From an uncultured delta proteobacterium (GTDB taxonomy: Bacteria; Myxococcota_A; Polyangia; Polyangiales; Polyangiaceae): DNA of 64,000 nucleotides. The position numbers were made by a program, and so were the translations under genes. The stretch is taken from contig CAVQUB010000012.1 of assembly GCA_963716725.1 (NCBI GenBank), forward strand, positions 192,001 through 256,000. The letters are read 5' to 3'. This document shows positions 54,544 to 64,000 of the stretch, piece after piece. The notes beneath the pieces are model-generated. The model was not told the DNA's origin, did not search any database, and saw only the letters and a program-made list of their open reading frames with translations. Position 1 is the stretch's first letter; every line of letters starts with the position of its first letter.

Positions 54544-54714
54544 GTGGTCGGCGCGGCATGCGCTGACGTGGCGTGCGGCTCCGCCCTCGGCCGAGTCGGT
54601 CGAGGGTCGGTGAGCGCGCGGACCGGCTCCGCAAATCTCGAATTTGGCCGGGCGGCGCGGCTGATCCGGCCTCCCGACCCTGCTCCTCTTGACCGTCGCG
54701 GACGGGGGGAGCAG

Positions 54715-57522
54715 ATGGCAGGTGCCATGGAATCACGCTCCGGTGGGCCCAACTCGCTCTCCCTCCCCTTCGTAGAAGCGCTGTATGCCTCCTACGCCGC
54801 CGACCCAAGCTCTGTAGGTGAGGACTGGCGGGCCCACTTCCGGTCGCTCGACGACCACGCCGGGCGACCGCGGCTTGGACCGAGCTTCAAAGCGCACGGT
54901 GTGTTCAACCCGGGCAACGGCGCTGGTTCGAACCTGGTGAGTCAAGGCATCTCCGACGTGCTGATCCGACAGGACCGGGTCGATCAGCTGATCCGCGCCT
55001 ATCGCGTCCGCGGCCACCTGATCGCAAAGGTCGATCCCCTGGGGCTGCCCCGCCCGTCGCAGCAGGAGCTCGATCCGGCCTTCTACGGCCTGGCTGAAGA
55101 GGACCTCGATCGCCAGTTCAGCGCTCGCACCATCGCGAGCGCGCCGGTGATCACCCTGCGCGGGATCCTCGAACTGTTGCGGAACACCTACTGCCGCTCC
55201 ATTGGCGTGCAGTTCATGCACATCGACGACCTGGAGGTGAAAGAGTGGCTTCAGACCCGGATGGAGGGGGCGCAGAACCACATTTCACTCAGTCGCGACG
55301 AGCAGTTGCGCATCCTGACCAAGCTCACCGACGCGGTGATGTTCGAGGAGTTCGTGCAGAAGAAGTACCTGGGAGCCAAGAGCTTCTCGCTCGAAGGCTC
55401 CGAGAGCTTGATCCCGCTGCTCATGTTCGCCATTGAAGGCTCCGGCGACCACGGCGTCGACGACATCGTGCTCGGCATGGCGCATCGCGGTCGGCTCAAC
55501 GTGCTCGCCAACATCATGGGCAAGAGCGCCCGCGCCATCTTCCGCGAGTTCGACGACCGCGACCCCCAGCTCTTCTTGGGCAGCGGCGACGTGAAGTACC
55601 ACATGGGTCACAGCAGCGACTGGATCACCGCCGGCGGGCGCAAGGTGCACCTTTCGCTGTGCTTCAACCCCAGCCACCTGGAGTACGTGAACGCCGTCGT
55701 CCTCGGGCGGGTGAGGGCCAAGCAAGATCGCGACGGCGACGCGGAGCGCGACCGAAAGCTGGGGATCTTGATCCATGGCGATGCGGCCTTCGCCGGTGAA
55801 GGCATGGTGCAGGAGACCTTGAACCTGAGCCAAATCGACGGCTATCGCACTGGCGGCACGATCCACGTCGTCGTCAACAACCAGATCGGGTTCACGACAC
55901 CGCCCAACCAGAGCCGCTCGACGACCTACGCCACCGACGTGGCCAAGATGCTTCAGAGTCCTATCTTCCACGTCAACGGAGAAGATCCGGAGGCCGTCGC
56001 TCAGGTCGTGCACCTGGCCCTCGACTTTCGTCGCGAGTATCAGCGCGACGTCGTGATCGACATGTACGGCTACCGGCGTCTCGGTCACAACGAGGGAGAC
56101 GAGCCCGCGTTCACTCAGCCCTTGCTCTACGCCGCCATCGCCCAGAGAAAGAGCGTGCGGGACGGCTACCTCGAACACCTTCTGGCGCTCGGCGGGGTCA
56201 CCCACGAAGAGGCCGATCGCATCGAGGTCGAGCGCCGCGAGTACCTGGAGCGCGAGCTGTCGCAAGCGCGCAAGAGCGATTTCGTGCGCACGAAAAACTG
56301 GCTCGGTGGAAACTGGCAAGGTTATTCCGGAGGGCGCGAGGACGAGGTTCGCGAGGTACAAACCAGCTTCGACCGAGAGCGGCTCTCCGAGCTGATCGTC
56401 GCCCAGACCGTCTTGCCTCCGGACTTTCATCCTCACCGAAAGATCGAGCGCCTGCTGGCCCAGCGTCGGGAGATGGCCACCGGAGAACGGAGCATCGACT
56501 GGGGTTCAGCGGAGTTGCTCGCCTTCGCCACCCTCGTGACCAGCGGCATGCGCGTGCGCATGACCGGGCAAGATGCCGAGCGGGGGACCTTCAGCCAGCG
56601 CCATTCGGTGTTGCACGATATCGAGGACGGGCACGCCTTCATGCCGCTCGCGTCGCTTTCGGAAGATCAGGCGCCCATCGAGATCGTGAACAGCGCGCTC
56701 AGCGAGGCTGGAGTGCTCGGTTTCGAGTACGGATACAGCCTCGACTGGCCCGACGGGCTGGTGCTGTGGGAGGCACAGTTCGGCGACTTTGCCAACGCCG
56801 CGCAGGTGATCATCGATCAATTCTTGGTGAGCGCGGAGGACAAGTGGAAGCGCCTGTCGGGCTTGGTCATGCTGCTGCCCCACGGCTTCGAGGGCCAAGG
56901 CCCGGAGCACTCGAGCGCCCGCCTCGAACGCTTCCTGGTGCTCGCGGCCGAGGACAACATCCAAGTCGTTCAGCCCAGCACGCCGGCGCAACACTTCCAC
57001 CTCTTGAGACGGCAGGTCCTCCGCCCCTGGCGGAAACCGCTCATCGTCTTCACGCCCAAGAGCCTGCTGCGGCACCCACGCTGCGTGAGCGCCCTCGACG
57101 ACTGCGCGGGCGGGCAGTTCTCCCGGGTGATCGGCGACGACGCGGCGGAGTCCGGAGCGGTGCGGCGTGTGCTTTTGTGCAGCGGGCGTATCTACTACGA
57201 CCTGCTGCAGCGTCGGGAAGACCTCGGTCGCCACGACATCGCCATCGTCCGCGTCGAGCAGTTCTACCCGCTGCCGGCAGGTCTGGTCCAACACGCCCTC
57301 GAGCCCTTTGGCGCCGGCGTGCCGGTGGTTTGGGTGCAAGACGAGCCCGAGAACATGGGCGCGTGGCGCCACCTCGCGGGGCGATTCGGCCCGAGCCTGT
57401 TCGACCGCCACCCATTTTCGGTAGTCTGCCGCGCCGAGTCGGCGAGCCCGGCGACGGGGTCGCCGAACGCCCACAAGCTCGAACAGGAGCAGATCCTCGA
57501 GCAGGCCTTTGCCCCGACCTGA
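54715..57522 (+). CDS. sucA: 2-oxoglutarate dehydrogenase E1 component
   Basis: [59 protein letters not shown] and GPEHSSAR. Confidence 0.96.
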   Translation: MAGAMESRSGGPNSLSLPFVEALYASYAADPSSVGEDWRAHFRSLDDHAGRPRLGPSFKAHGVFNPGNGAGSNLVSQGISDVLIRQDRVDQLIRAYRVRGHLIAKVDPLGLPRPSQQELDPAFYGLAEEDLDRQFSARTIASAPVITLRGILELLRNTYCRSIGVQFMHIDDLEVKEWLQTRMEGAQNHISLSRDEQLRILTKLTDAVMFEEFVQKKYLGAKSFSLEGSESLIPLLMFAIEGSGDHGVDDIVLGMAHRGRLNVLANIMGKSARAIFREFDDRDPQLFLGSGDVKYHMGHSSDWITAGGRKVHLSLCFNPSHLEYVNAVVLGRVRAKQDRDGDAERDRKLGILIHGDAAFAGEGMVQETLNLSQIDGYRTGGTIHVVVNNQIGFTTPPNQSRSTTYATDVAKMLQSPIFHVNGEDPEAVAQVVHLALDFRREYQRDVVIDMYGYRRLGHNEGDEPAFTQPLLYAAIAQRKSVRDGYLEHLLALGGVTHEEADRIEVERREYLERELSQARKSDFVRTKNWLGGNWQGYSGGREDEVREVQTSFDRERLSELIVAQTVLPPDFHPHRKIERLLAQRREMATGERSIDWGSAELLAFATLVTSGMRVRMTGQDAERGTFSQRHSVLHDIEDGHAFMPLASLSEDQAPIEIVNSALSEAGVLGFEYGYSLDWPDGLVLWEAQFGDFANAAQVIIDQFLVSAEDKWKRLSGLVMLLPHGFEGQGPEHSSARLERFLVLAAEDNIQVVQPSTPAQHFHLLRRQVLRPWRKPLIVFTPKSLLRHPRCVSALDDCAGGQFSRVIGDDAAESGAVRRVLLCSGRIYYDLLQRREDLGRHDIAIVRVEQFYPLPAGLVQHALEPFGAGVPVVWVQDEPENMGAWRHLAGRFGPSLFDRHPFSVVCRAESASPATGSPNAHKLEQEQILEQAFAPT

Positions 57523-57540
57523 ACCCAAGAAAGACAGACG

Positions 57541-58815
57541 ATGCCCGTCGAATTGAAGGTGCCCAGCGTGGGCGAATCCATCACCGAAGTGGTGATCGGC
57601 GAGTGGTTGAAATCGGTCGGCGATCAAGTCCGGCGCGACGAGATCGTGGTCATGATCGAGACCGACAAGGTCACGGTCGAGCTCCCGGCGCCCATCGCCG
57701 GAGTGCTGAGCGAGATCCGCGTCCCGAACGGGCAGGCCGCTCGGGTGGGCGACGTGATTGGCGCCATCGAGGAGTCGACGATGGTGGCGGAAGCACCGCC
57801 GCAGCGGCCGCGGGAGCCCGCCGTGAAAGCGCCGGAGGCGCAGCCCGCCGGGGCGCGAGCCGAGCCTAGCGTGGCGGTCGAGGCCGCGCCGAGGAGTGTG
57901 CGCGCGGAGAGCGTGCCCGCCGAGGGCTTCGCGCGGGTCATGCCGGCGGCGCGCCGGGCGCTGGCCGAGAGCGGTGTGTCGCCGGCCGACGTGATCCCCA
58001 CCGGCCCCGGCGGACGGATGCTCAAAGAAGACGTGCTGCGGGCACCTGCGCCCGCGCCGGCACCGCCGCCCGCCGCCCGGCCCATCTCGGCGTCCGCCGC
58101 GGCGCCGAGCGACCTGCGCCAAGAAGAGGTGATCGCCATGACCCCGATGCGCAAGCGCATCGCCGAGCGGCTGGTCGAATCACTGCAAACCAGCGCCCAG
58201 CTCACGACCTTCAACGAGGTCGACATGAGCGCCGTGTTCGCCCTGCGCAAGGAGTACCAGGAGACCTTCAAGGCCAAGTACGCCATCAAGCTCGGCCTCG
58301 TGTCGTTCTTCGTTAAGGCCGCCGTCGAGGCCCTGAAGCTCGTGCCCGAGGTCAACGCAGAGATCCGCGGCACCGACGTGGTCTACAAGAACTACTTCGA
58401 CATCGGAGTCGCCGTGGGCAGCGGCAAGGGCCTGGTGGTCCCCGTCATCCGAAACGTCGAGCGCCTCTCCTTCGCCGAGATCGAGCTGGCCATCGCCGAC
58501 TACGGCCAGCGCGCGCAGGCGAACAAGCTCAAGCTCGACGAGCTACTGGGTGGGACCTTCACCATTTCGAACGGGGGCGTCTACGGCAATCTGCTCTCGA
58601 CACCGATCATCAATCCCCCACAGAGCGCCATCTTGGGCCTGCACGCCATCCAGGACCGCGCGGTGGTTCGCGAGGGCCAGATCGTGATCCGCCCCATGAT
58701 GTACGTGGCGGTGAGCTACGATCATCGCATCGTCGATGGTCGCGAAGCAGTGGGCTTCCTGAAGCGTATCAAAGAGTGCGTGGAGCAGCCCTCCCGCATC
58801 CTGCTCGAGGTGTGA
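57541..58815 (+). CDS. sucB: Dihydrolipoyllysine succinyltransferase (E2)
   Basis: Lipoyl domain ETDKV, E3-binding TGPGGR, LTTFNEVDM and YDHRIVDG. Confidence 0.96.
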   Translation: MPVELKVPSVGESITEVVIGEWLKSVGDQVRRDEIVVMIETDKVTVELPAPIAGVLSEIRVPNGQAARVGDVIGAIEESTMVAEAPPQRPREPAVKAPEAQPAGARAEPSVAVEAAPRSVRAESVPAEGFARVMPAARRALAESGVSPADVIPTGPGGRMLKEDVLRAPAPAPAPPPAARPISASAAAPSDLRQEEVIAMTPMRKRIAERLVESLQTSAQLTTFNEVDMSAVFALRKEYQETFKAKYAIKLGLVSFFVKAAVEALKLVPEVNAEIRGTDVVYKNYFDIGVAVGSGKGLVVPVIRNVERLSFAEIELAIADYGQRAQANKLKLDELLGGTFTISNGGVYGNLLSTPIINPPQSAILGLHAIQDRAVVREGQIVIRPMMYVAVSYDHRIVDGREAVGFLKRIKECVEQPSRILLEV

Positions 58816-60209
58816 GCGTGGCGGAACGAAGACACGACCTGATCGTGATCGGCGCGGGTCCGGGCGGCTACGTCGCCGCCATCCGCGCGGCTCAGCTTGG
58901 TCTCGACGTGGCATGCATCGAGAGAGAGTCGGCGCTCGGCGGGACCTGTCTGCGCATCGGCTGCATCCCCAGCAAGGCCCTGCTCGAGGCGAGCGAGCGT
59001 TTCGCCGAGGCCAAACACGGGCTCGATGCCTTTGGGATTCGGCTCTCGGGAGTCGAACTCGACCTCGCGCGCATGCTGAAACGCAAGGACGACACCGTGC
59101 GCTCGCTCACCGCGGGCATCGCGGGGCTGTTCAAGAAGAACCGGATCACGCGCTACGCCGGCAGCGGGTCCTTGCTTGCGCGGGGCAGCGTGCGCGTCGA
59201 GGCGGTGGACGGCGTCACGGAGCTCAGCGCCGAGCACGTGCTGATCGCGACCGGGAGCAAGGTCGCGCCGCTCGCCGGCGTGGAGCTCGACGGTGATCGC
59301 ATCGGGACCAGCACTGAGGCTTTGTCCTTCCCCGAAGTGCCCCGTCACCTGGTGGTGATCGGCGCCGGCTTCATTGGACTCGAGCTGGGCTCGGTCTGGC
59401 AGCGCCTGGGAGCCAAGGTCACTGTCCTCGAGTACCTGCCCCGCATCTTGCCGGGCATCGACTCCGAGATCGCGTCGGAGGCCCAACGCATCCTCTCGCG
59501 TCAAGGCCTGGATATCCGCCCGGGCTCCCGCGTCGTCTCCGCGCGCCGTGATGGCGACGGCGTCGTCGTGAGCGTCGAGGGCGCGGAGCCCATCGCATGC
59601 GATCGCGTGCTGCTCGCGGTCGGACGCCTCCCAAACACCGACGGACTGGCGCTGGAGAAGGTCGGCATCACGCTGGACGAACGCGGCCGGATCCCTGTCG
59701 ATGCCAGCTGGGAGACGCGCGTGCCGGGCATCTACGCTGTCGGCGACGTGATCGCGGGCCCAATGCTGGCCCACAAGGCCAGCGACGAAGGCGTCGCCTG
59801 CGTCGAACGCATCGTGAAGGGCTACGGGCACGTGAACTACGGCACCATTCCGGGCGTCTGTTACACCCACCCCGAGATCGCGTGCGTCGGGAAGACCGAA
59901 GACGAGCTGATCGAAGCCAGAGTGCTGTACAAGAAGGGCAGCTTCCCCTTCATGGCCAACGGTCGGGCCAAGGCCCTGGGCAGCATCGACGGTCGCGTGA
60001 AGATCCTCGCACACGCGGAGACGGACCGCGTGCTGGGTGTGCATATCGTTGGGCCACGCGCTGGGGAGTTGATCGCCGAGGCCGCGGCGGCCATGGAGTT
60101 CGGCGCCAGCGCGGAAGATCTCGCGCGCACCTGCCACGCCCACCCCACCCTGGCGGAGGCCGTGAAAGAGGCCGCGCTGGCCGTGGACGGACGAGCCCTG
60201 CACATCTAA
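58812..60209 (+). CDS. lpdA: Dihydrolipoyl dehydrogenase (E3)
   Basis: GAGPGGY, GGTCLRIGCIPSK, GAGFIGLE, MLAHKA and HAHPT. GTGA overlap with the sucB stop. Confidence 0.96.
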   Translation: MSVAERRHDLIVIGAGPGGYVAAIRAAQLGLDVACIERESALGGTCLRIGCIPSKALLEASERFAEAKHGLDAFGIRLSGVELDLARMLKRKDDTVRSLTAGIAGLFKKNRITRYAGSGSLLARGSVRVEAVDGVTELSAEHVLIATGSKVAPLAGVELDGDRIGTSTEALSFPEVPRHLVVIGAGFIGLELGSVWQRLGAKVTVLEYLPRILPGIDSEIASEAQRILSRQGLDIRPGSRVVSARRDGDGVVVSVEGAEPIACDRVLLAVGRLPNTDGLALEKVGITLDERGRIPVDASWETRVPGIYAVGDVIAGPMLAHKASDEGVACVERIVKGYGHVNYGTIPGVCYTHPEIACVGKTEDELIEARVLYKKGSFPFMANGRAKALGSIDGRVKILAHAETDRVLGVHIVGPRAGELIAEAAAAMEFGASAEDLARTCHAHPTLAEAVKEAALAVDGRALHI

Positions 60210-60265
60210 CGCGCGGCGCCGGCGCCCCTGGTGCGAGCCGCCGGGGTCGGCTACGCTTCGGTCCA

Positions 60266-60754
60266 ATGCATCGCCGTGGTTTCTTGATCGGGGGCGTTTC
60301 GGTGCTCGTGCTGCCGGGCTGCGTGTCCAAGCCAAACATGCAACTGCACCACGCGGAGGTTCAGAATGCCGGGCCCATGGGCATCGGCATGAACGTGGTC
60401 TTGCGCGTGAACAACGAGAACAGCTTCGACGTTCAGGTGCGCAACGTGCGCGTCCAGACCACGCTCCAAGGTCGTTGGACGTTGCCGGGCGTGGTTTACA
60501 GCCCGAACCAATGGCTACCGGCGGATGGCACCACGCTCGTGTCGGCGCCGGTCTTGATCCCGTGGACCATGGTCGGCCCGCTCCTGGCAGAGACCGCGAT
60601 GAACTCCACGATCGAGTACCGAGTCCGGGGCGAGGCCGATGTGACGGCCATTCGCTCCGTCGGCATCCGCAGCGACAACTATCCCGTCGACGAGACCGGC
60701 ACGATCCCCCGCGTGGCCGTGTTGCAAGCTGCGCGCACGACGATGCCCTTCTAA
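60266..60754 (+). CDS. LEA type 2 / WHy-like lipoprotein with a Tat-like signal
   Basis: MHRRGFL twin-arginine motif plus LPGC lipobox; LRVNNENSFDV and YRVRG. Confidence 0.75.
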   Translation: MHRRGFLIGGVSVLVLPGCVSKPNMQLHHAEVQNAGPMGIGMNVVLRVNNENSFDVQVRNVRVQTTLQGRWTLPGVVYSPNQWLPADGTTLVSAPVLIPWTMVGPLLAETAMNSTIEYRVRGEADVTAIRSVGIRSDNYPVDETGTIPRVAVLQAARTTMPF

Positions 60755-61060
60755 GCCCGCACGCTTTGCGCGCGATGCGACGGTTGGTGTCGCGTAGCGC
60801 ATCATGATCGCGATTTGCAGTGCTGGCGGTAGTGGGCTTGTCTCCCACTTATTTGAAGCGCGTGGGTTGACGCGAGCATGTGACGCAGCGATGCTGGGCT
60901 CCGAGTCGGCGTGTGAACTGCGCTGACGGGAGGGTGCAAGCATGGGGCTGGGGGGCCAGGTATTCGCGGGTCGCGGATCTGGGAATCAGTTGGGAATGAA
61001 CGAGCGTCTCCGTCGTTTCATCCAAAACGACGGACCGCGCCGAACAAGGAGGGCGTGACG

Positions 61061-61561
61061 ATGGACCAAAACGATCAACGAACGGCGATAGTCGTCATGG
61101 AAGCAGGCGCGCGCTGGCCCTCGTACTCCCGGGAGCTCGCCGGCCGAGCCTCGAGTGCGGTGGTGGAGTCGCAGCCGGCCATCGAGAGCCTGGACGAGTT
61201 CGCCATTCGGGTGACCGGGAGGGTGGCGCGGCTGGTGGAGCGCTCCGTGACCATCCCCGTGGCAATTCTGGCCACCAGTCAGCGCATCGATCCCCAGGCC
61301 CGGAAGGCCCGCTACCAAATGGCTCGCGCCATGGTGTCAGCGATGGCCGCCAACGAGGGCGGGGGCGAGCTCTTGATCATGGGGGACGAGCACTTCGCCG
61401 ACGAAGTTCGCCACGAGTTCGTCGCGTTTGCAGGCGCGCTCTGCGACGGACTCGCGGGCAGTGCGGTCTCCGTGCGCGTTCGATTCGGCAATGGCCAGAG
61501 CGGCACGCGTGCGCTCGGCATTCCTCCTTCCACCCGGCCCGCGGCGGAGACCGGAAGCTGA
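61061..61561 (+). CDS. Hypothetical alpha/beta protein
   Basis: RBS AGGAGG 8 nt before ATG 61061; protein-like composition. Confidence 0.7.
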   Translation: MDQNDQRTAIVVMEAGARWPSYSRELAGRASSAVVESQPAIESLDEFAIRVTGRVARLVERSVTIPVAILATSQRIDPQARKARYQMARAMVSAMAANEGGGELLIMGDEHFADEVRHEFVAFAGALCDGLAGSAVSVRVRFGNGQSGTRALGIPPSTRPAAETGS

Positions 61562-61580
61562 GGCGACGGCCCTCGGCGCC

Positions 61581-61609
61581 TTGACACGTCGCGTCATGGT
61601 GCGTATGGA
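61581..61609 (+). promoter_or_regulatory. Sigma70-type promoter for fadIJ with an overlapping TGAC-N7-GTCA palindrome
   Basis: TTGACA-N17-TATGGA; RBS AGGAGG at 61624-61629. Confidence 0.5.
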
Positions 61610-61639
61610 CCCCTGGTTCAGTCAGGAGGTCCGAGAGCC

Positions 61640-62935
61640 ATGGGCAAGAAGAGTGGCGCGCGGCGCGTCGCCGTTGTGAGCGGTCTGCGCACTCCGTTCG
61701 TGAAGTCGGGGTCGGCATTCAAAGATCTGAGTGCGCTCGATCTCGGCAAGCTCGTGGTGGCCGAGCTGCTGCAGCGGGCGGAGCTCGATCCCAAGCGAGT
61801 CCAACAGGTCGTCTACGGGCAGGTGGTTCCGTCGCTCGTGGCACCGAACATCGCGCGCGAGATCGTGCTGGGCACCGGCATGCCTCGGGAGATCGAGGCG
61901 TACAGCGTGTCGCGGGCCTGCGCGACGAGCTACCAGTCCACGGTCAACGTGGCTGAAGCCATCATGGCCGGCATCATCGACTGCGGCGTTGCCGGGGGCG
62001 CCGACAGCGCCAGTGACGTGCCCATCGCCGTCAGCAAGAAGCTCGCTGAAGCGCTGATCGCCGCCAGCCGGGCGCGCAGCTTGGGAGAGCGCATCAAGGC
62101 CTTTGCTGGGCTCTCGGCCAAGGATCTGGTGCCCGTCCCGCCTTCGCTCAAGGAATTCTCGACCGGGCTCACCATGGGCGAGAGCGCCGAGAAGATGGCG
62201 AAGGAGAACCGCATCGGCCGTCGCGCGCAGGACGAGTTTGCGCACCGGAGTCATAGCCTCGCGGCCGCGGCTTGGGTCGATGGCCGGTTCGAGAAAGAGG
62301 TCATGCACGTCTACGTGCCGCCGAAGTTCGAGGCGACGACGGAGGACAACCTGGTCCGTAAGGATTCGAGCCTCGAGTCTTACGAGAAGCTCAGGCCCGC
62401 CTTTGACCGGAAGCTCGGCACCATCACCGCGGGCAACAGCTCTCCGCTCACCGATGGAGCCAGCGCCGTGCTGCTGATGAGCGAGGAGATGGCCAAGGCG
62501 GAGGGCTTCGACGTGCTCGGTTTCATTCGGAGCTATGCCTTCGCGGCGGTCGACCCCTCGGGGCAGATGCTGATGGGCCCGGCCCATGCTTCGCCGCTGG
62601 CGCTCGATCGCGCCGGGATCAAGCTCAAGGACCTCGACCTCTTGGACATGCACGAGGCCTTTGCCGCTCAGGTGTTGAGCAACACGCAGGCCTTCGAGAG
62701 CGAAGCGTTCGCTCGAGAAAAGCTCCGGCGGAGCAAGAAGCTGGGCGAGATCGACTGGGACAAGTTCAACGTCTGCGGCGGATCGATCAGCATCGGTCAC
62801 CCCTTCGCCGCCACGGGCGCGCGACAAATCACTCAGACGCTGAACGAACTCAAACGTCGCAGTGGAAGCCTGGCGCTGTGCACGGCCTGCGCGGCCGGCG
62901 GGCTCGGCGCGGCGATGGTACTGGAGGCGGAGTGA
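61640..62935 (+). CDS. fadI: Acetyl-CoA C-acyltransferase FadI
   Basis: [50 protein letters not shown] and CAAGGLG. Confidence 0.95.
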   Translation: MGKKSGARRVAVVSGLRTPFVKSGSAFKDLSALDLGKLVVAELLQRAELDPKRVQQVVYGQVVPSLVAPNIAREIVLGTGMPREIEAYSVSRACATSYQSTVNVAEAIMAGIIDCGVAGGADSASDVPIAVSKKLAEALIAASRARSLGERIKAFAGLSAKDLVPVPPSLKEFSTGLTMGESAEKMAKENRIGRRAQDEFAHRSHSLAAAAWVDGRFEKEVMHVYVPPKFEATTEDNLVRKDSSLESYEKLRPAFDRKLGTITAGNSSPLTDGASAVLLMSEEMAKAEGFDVLGFIRSYAFAAVDPSGQMLMGPAHASPLALDRAGIKLKDLDLLDMHEAFAAQVLSNTQAFESEAFAREKLRRSKKLGEIDWDKFNVCGGSISIGHPFAATGARQITQTLNELKRRSGSLALCTACAAGGLGAAMVLEAE

Positions 62936-64000
62936 TGGCAACAGGAGAGAACGGCAACGGGAGCGGAGGCAGGCGCGTGCTCAGCATCGAGCAGCGCCCG
63001 GATGGCGTCGCCATCGTGCGCATGGACGTGCCCGGCGAGACGATGAACACGTTGCAGGCGAACTTCGCGGAAGAGTTTGTGCAGGTCTTCGACGATCTGG
63101 ACAAGACGAGCGAAGTGCGAGCGGTGGTCTTCACCAGCGGCAAACCCGACAGCTTCATCGCTGGCGCGGACGTGCGCATGATCAAGGCGGTGAAGACCGC
63201 GGCTGAAGCGGCTGAGCTCTCGCGCACGGGTCAGCGGGCCATGGCTCGGGTGGAGGCCTTTCGAGCGCCGGTCGTGGCGGCCATTCACGGCGCCTGCCTC
63301 GGAGGTGGGCTCGAGACGGCCCTCGCTTGCCATGCGCGCATCGCCAGTGACGACAAGAAGACCAAGCTGGGCTTGCCCGAAGTTCAGCTCGGACTCTTGC
63401 CAGCCGCAGCCGGCACCCAACGACTGCCGCGCCTGGTCGGTGTGCAGGCGGCCCTCGACCTGATGCTGACGGGCAAGCAGCTCGACGGTCGCCGCGCCAG
63501 GCGGATGGGCCTCGTCGACGATGTCGTGCCTGCCGCGGTGCTGGTCGACGTCGCGTGTCGGCACGCGCTCGCGCTGGCCGAGCGCGGTGCGTCGCAGCCG
63601 ACCGGCTTCGCGAAGCTGAAGTCCTTTTTCAGCAAAGAGGAGCTGACCGAGCTGGCGCTGGCCGAAAACCCTCTCGGTCGCAAGCTGCTCTTCGACCAAG
63701 CCAAGAAGCAGCTCTTGGCCAAGACTCGTGGCAACTATCCCGCTGCCGAGCGCATCCTCGAGGTGGTGAAGGCCGGGCTCGAAGGCGGCTTCGAGCACGG
63801 GCTAGAAGCGGAAGCGCAGGCCTTCGGTGAGCTCGCGGTGAGCCCGGAAGCCGCCATGCTCATGAGCATTTTCACAGCCACGGTCGAGCTGAAAAAGGAC
63901 CGGGGCGTGGACGATCCGAACGTCGAGGCCAAGCCGGTGCACAAGCTCGGCGTGCTGGGTGCGGGGTTGATGGGCGCCGGCATCGCCTACGTCACGACCC
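62935..64000 (+). CDS. fadJ: Fatty acid oxidation complex subunit alpha FadJ (partial, runs off window)
   Basis: ATG overlaps the fadI stop (TGATG). Translation gives MDVPGETMNTL, SGKPDSFIAGAD, HGACLGGGLE, LGLPEVQLGLLP..GTQRLPRL, GNYPA and GVLGAGLMGAGIA. Confidence 0.94.
   Translation, partial: MATGENGNGSGGRRVLSIEQRPDGVAIVRMDVPGETMNTLQANFAEEFVQVFDDLDKTSEVRAVVFTSGKPDSFIAGADVRMIKAVKTAAEAAELSRTGQRAMARVEAFRAPVVAAIHGACLGGGLETALACHARIASDDKKTKLGLPEVQLGLLPAAAGTQRLPRLVGVQAALDLMLTGKQLDGRRARRMGLVDDVVPAAVLVDVACRHALALAERGASQPTGFAKLKSFFSKEELTELALAENPLGRKLLFDQAKKQLLAKTRGNYPAAERILEVVKAGLEGGFEHGLEAEAQAFGELAVSPEAAMLMSIFTATVELKKDRGVDDPNVEAKPVHKLGVLGAGLMGAGIAYVTT

Noticed and set aside
54715..60209. sucA-sucB-lpdA as something unusual
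   Set aside because: Canonical order and motifs; an ordinary 2-oxoglutarate dehydrogenase operon.

Overview
High-GC (roughly 70% by eye), gene-dense bacterial DNA. The gene content points to a myxobacterium, most likely Polyangiales-like: many Gly-linker lipoproteins, eukaryote-like Ser/Thr kinases, PEGA/TPR proteins and a MopE-repeat protein. About 50 genes can be supported. Core metabolism includes a thiolase, a 3-hydroxyacyl-CoA dehydrogenase, serB, M18 and M20 peptidases, corA, sucA-sucB-lpdA and fadI-fadJ (fadJ runs off the right end). There is also a TetR regulator divergent from an ATP-dependent activase plus 2-hydroxyacyl-CoA dehydratase-like pair, two Ser/Thr kinases, an orphan NtrY-like histidine kinase and many exported proteins of unknown function. 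Several genes are broken by single-base indels (9.1-10.7 kb, ~13.0 kb, ~15.5 kb, ~40.2 kb and very densely at 46.4-50.4 kb); these look more like long-read consensus errors than pseudogenisation. No tRNA, rRNA, CRISPR array or transposase was seen. The best candidate for an undescribed system is a translationally coupled lipoprotein pair at 42.7-45.0 kb: one protein has a compact MACPF/CDC-like N-terminal motif pattern plus an 8-Cys helical domain, and its neighbour is a stand-alone paralogue of that 8-Cys domain. Other leads are a lipoprotein with a possible permuted papain-like core and a somatomedin-B domain, TGAC-N6/7-GTCA boxes that may link the TetR/activase locus to fadIJ, and a ~105-nt structured intergenic element at 10.86-10.96 kb. 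All family calls are from motif recognition by eye; no searches were run.
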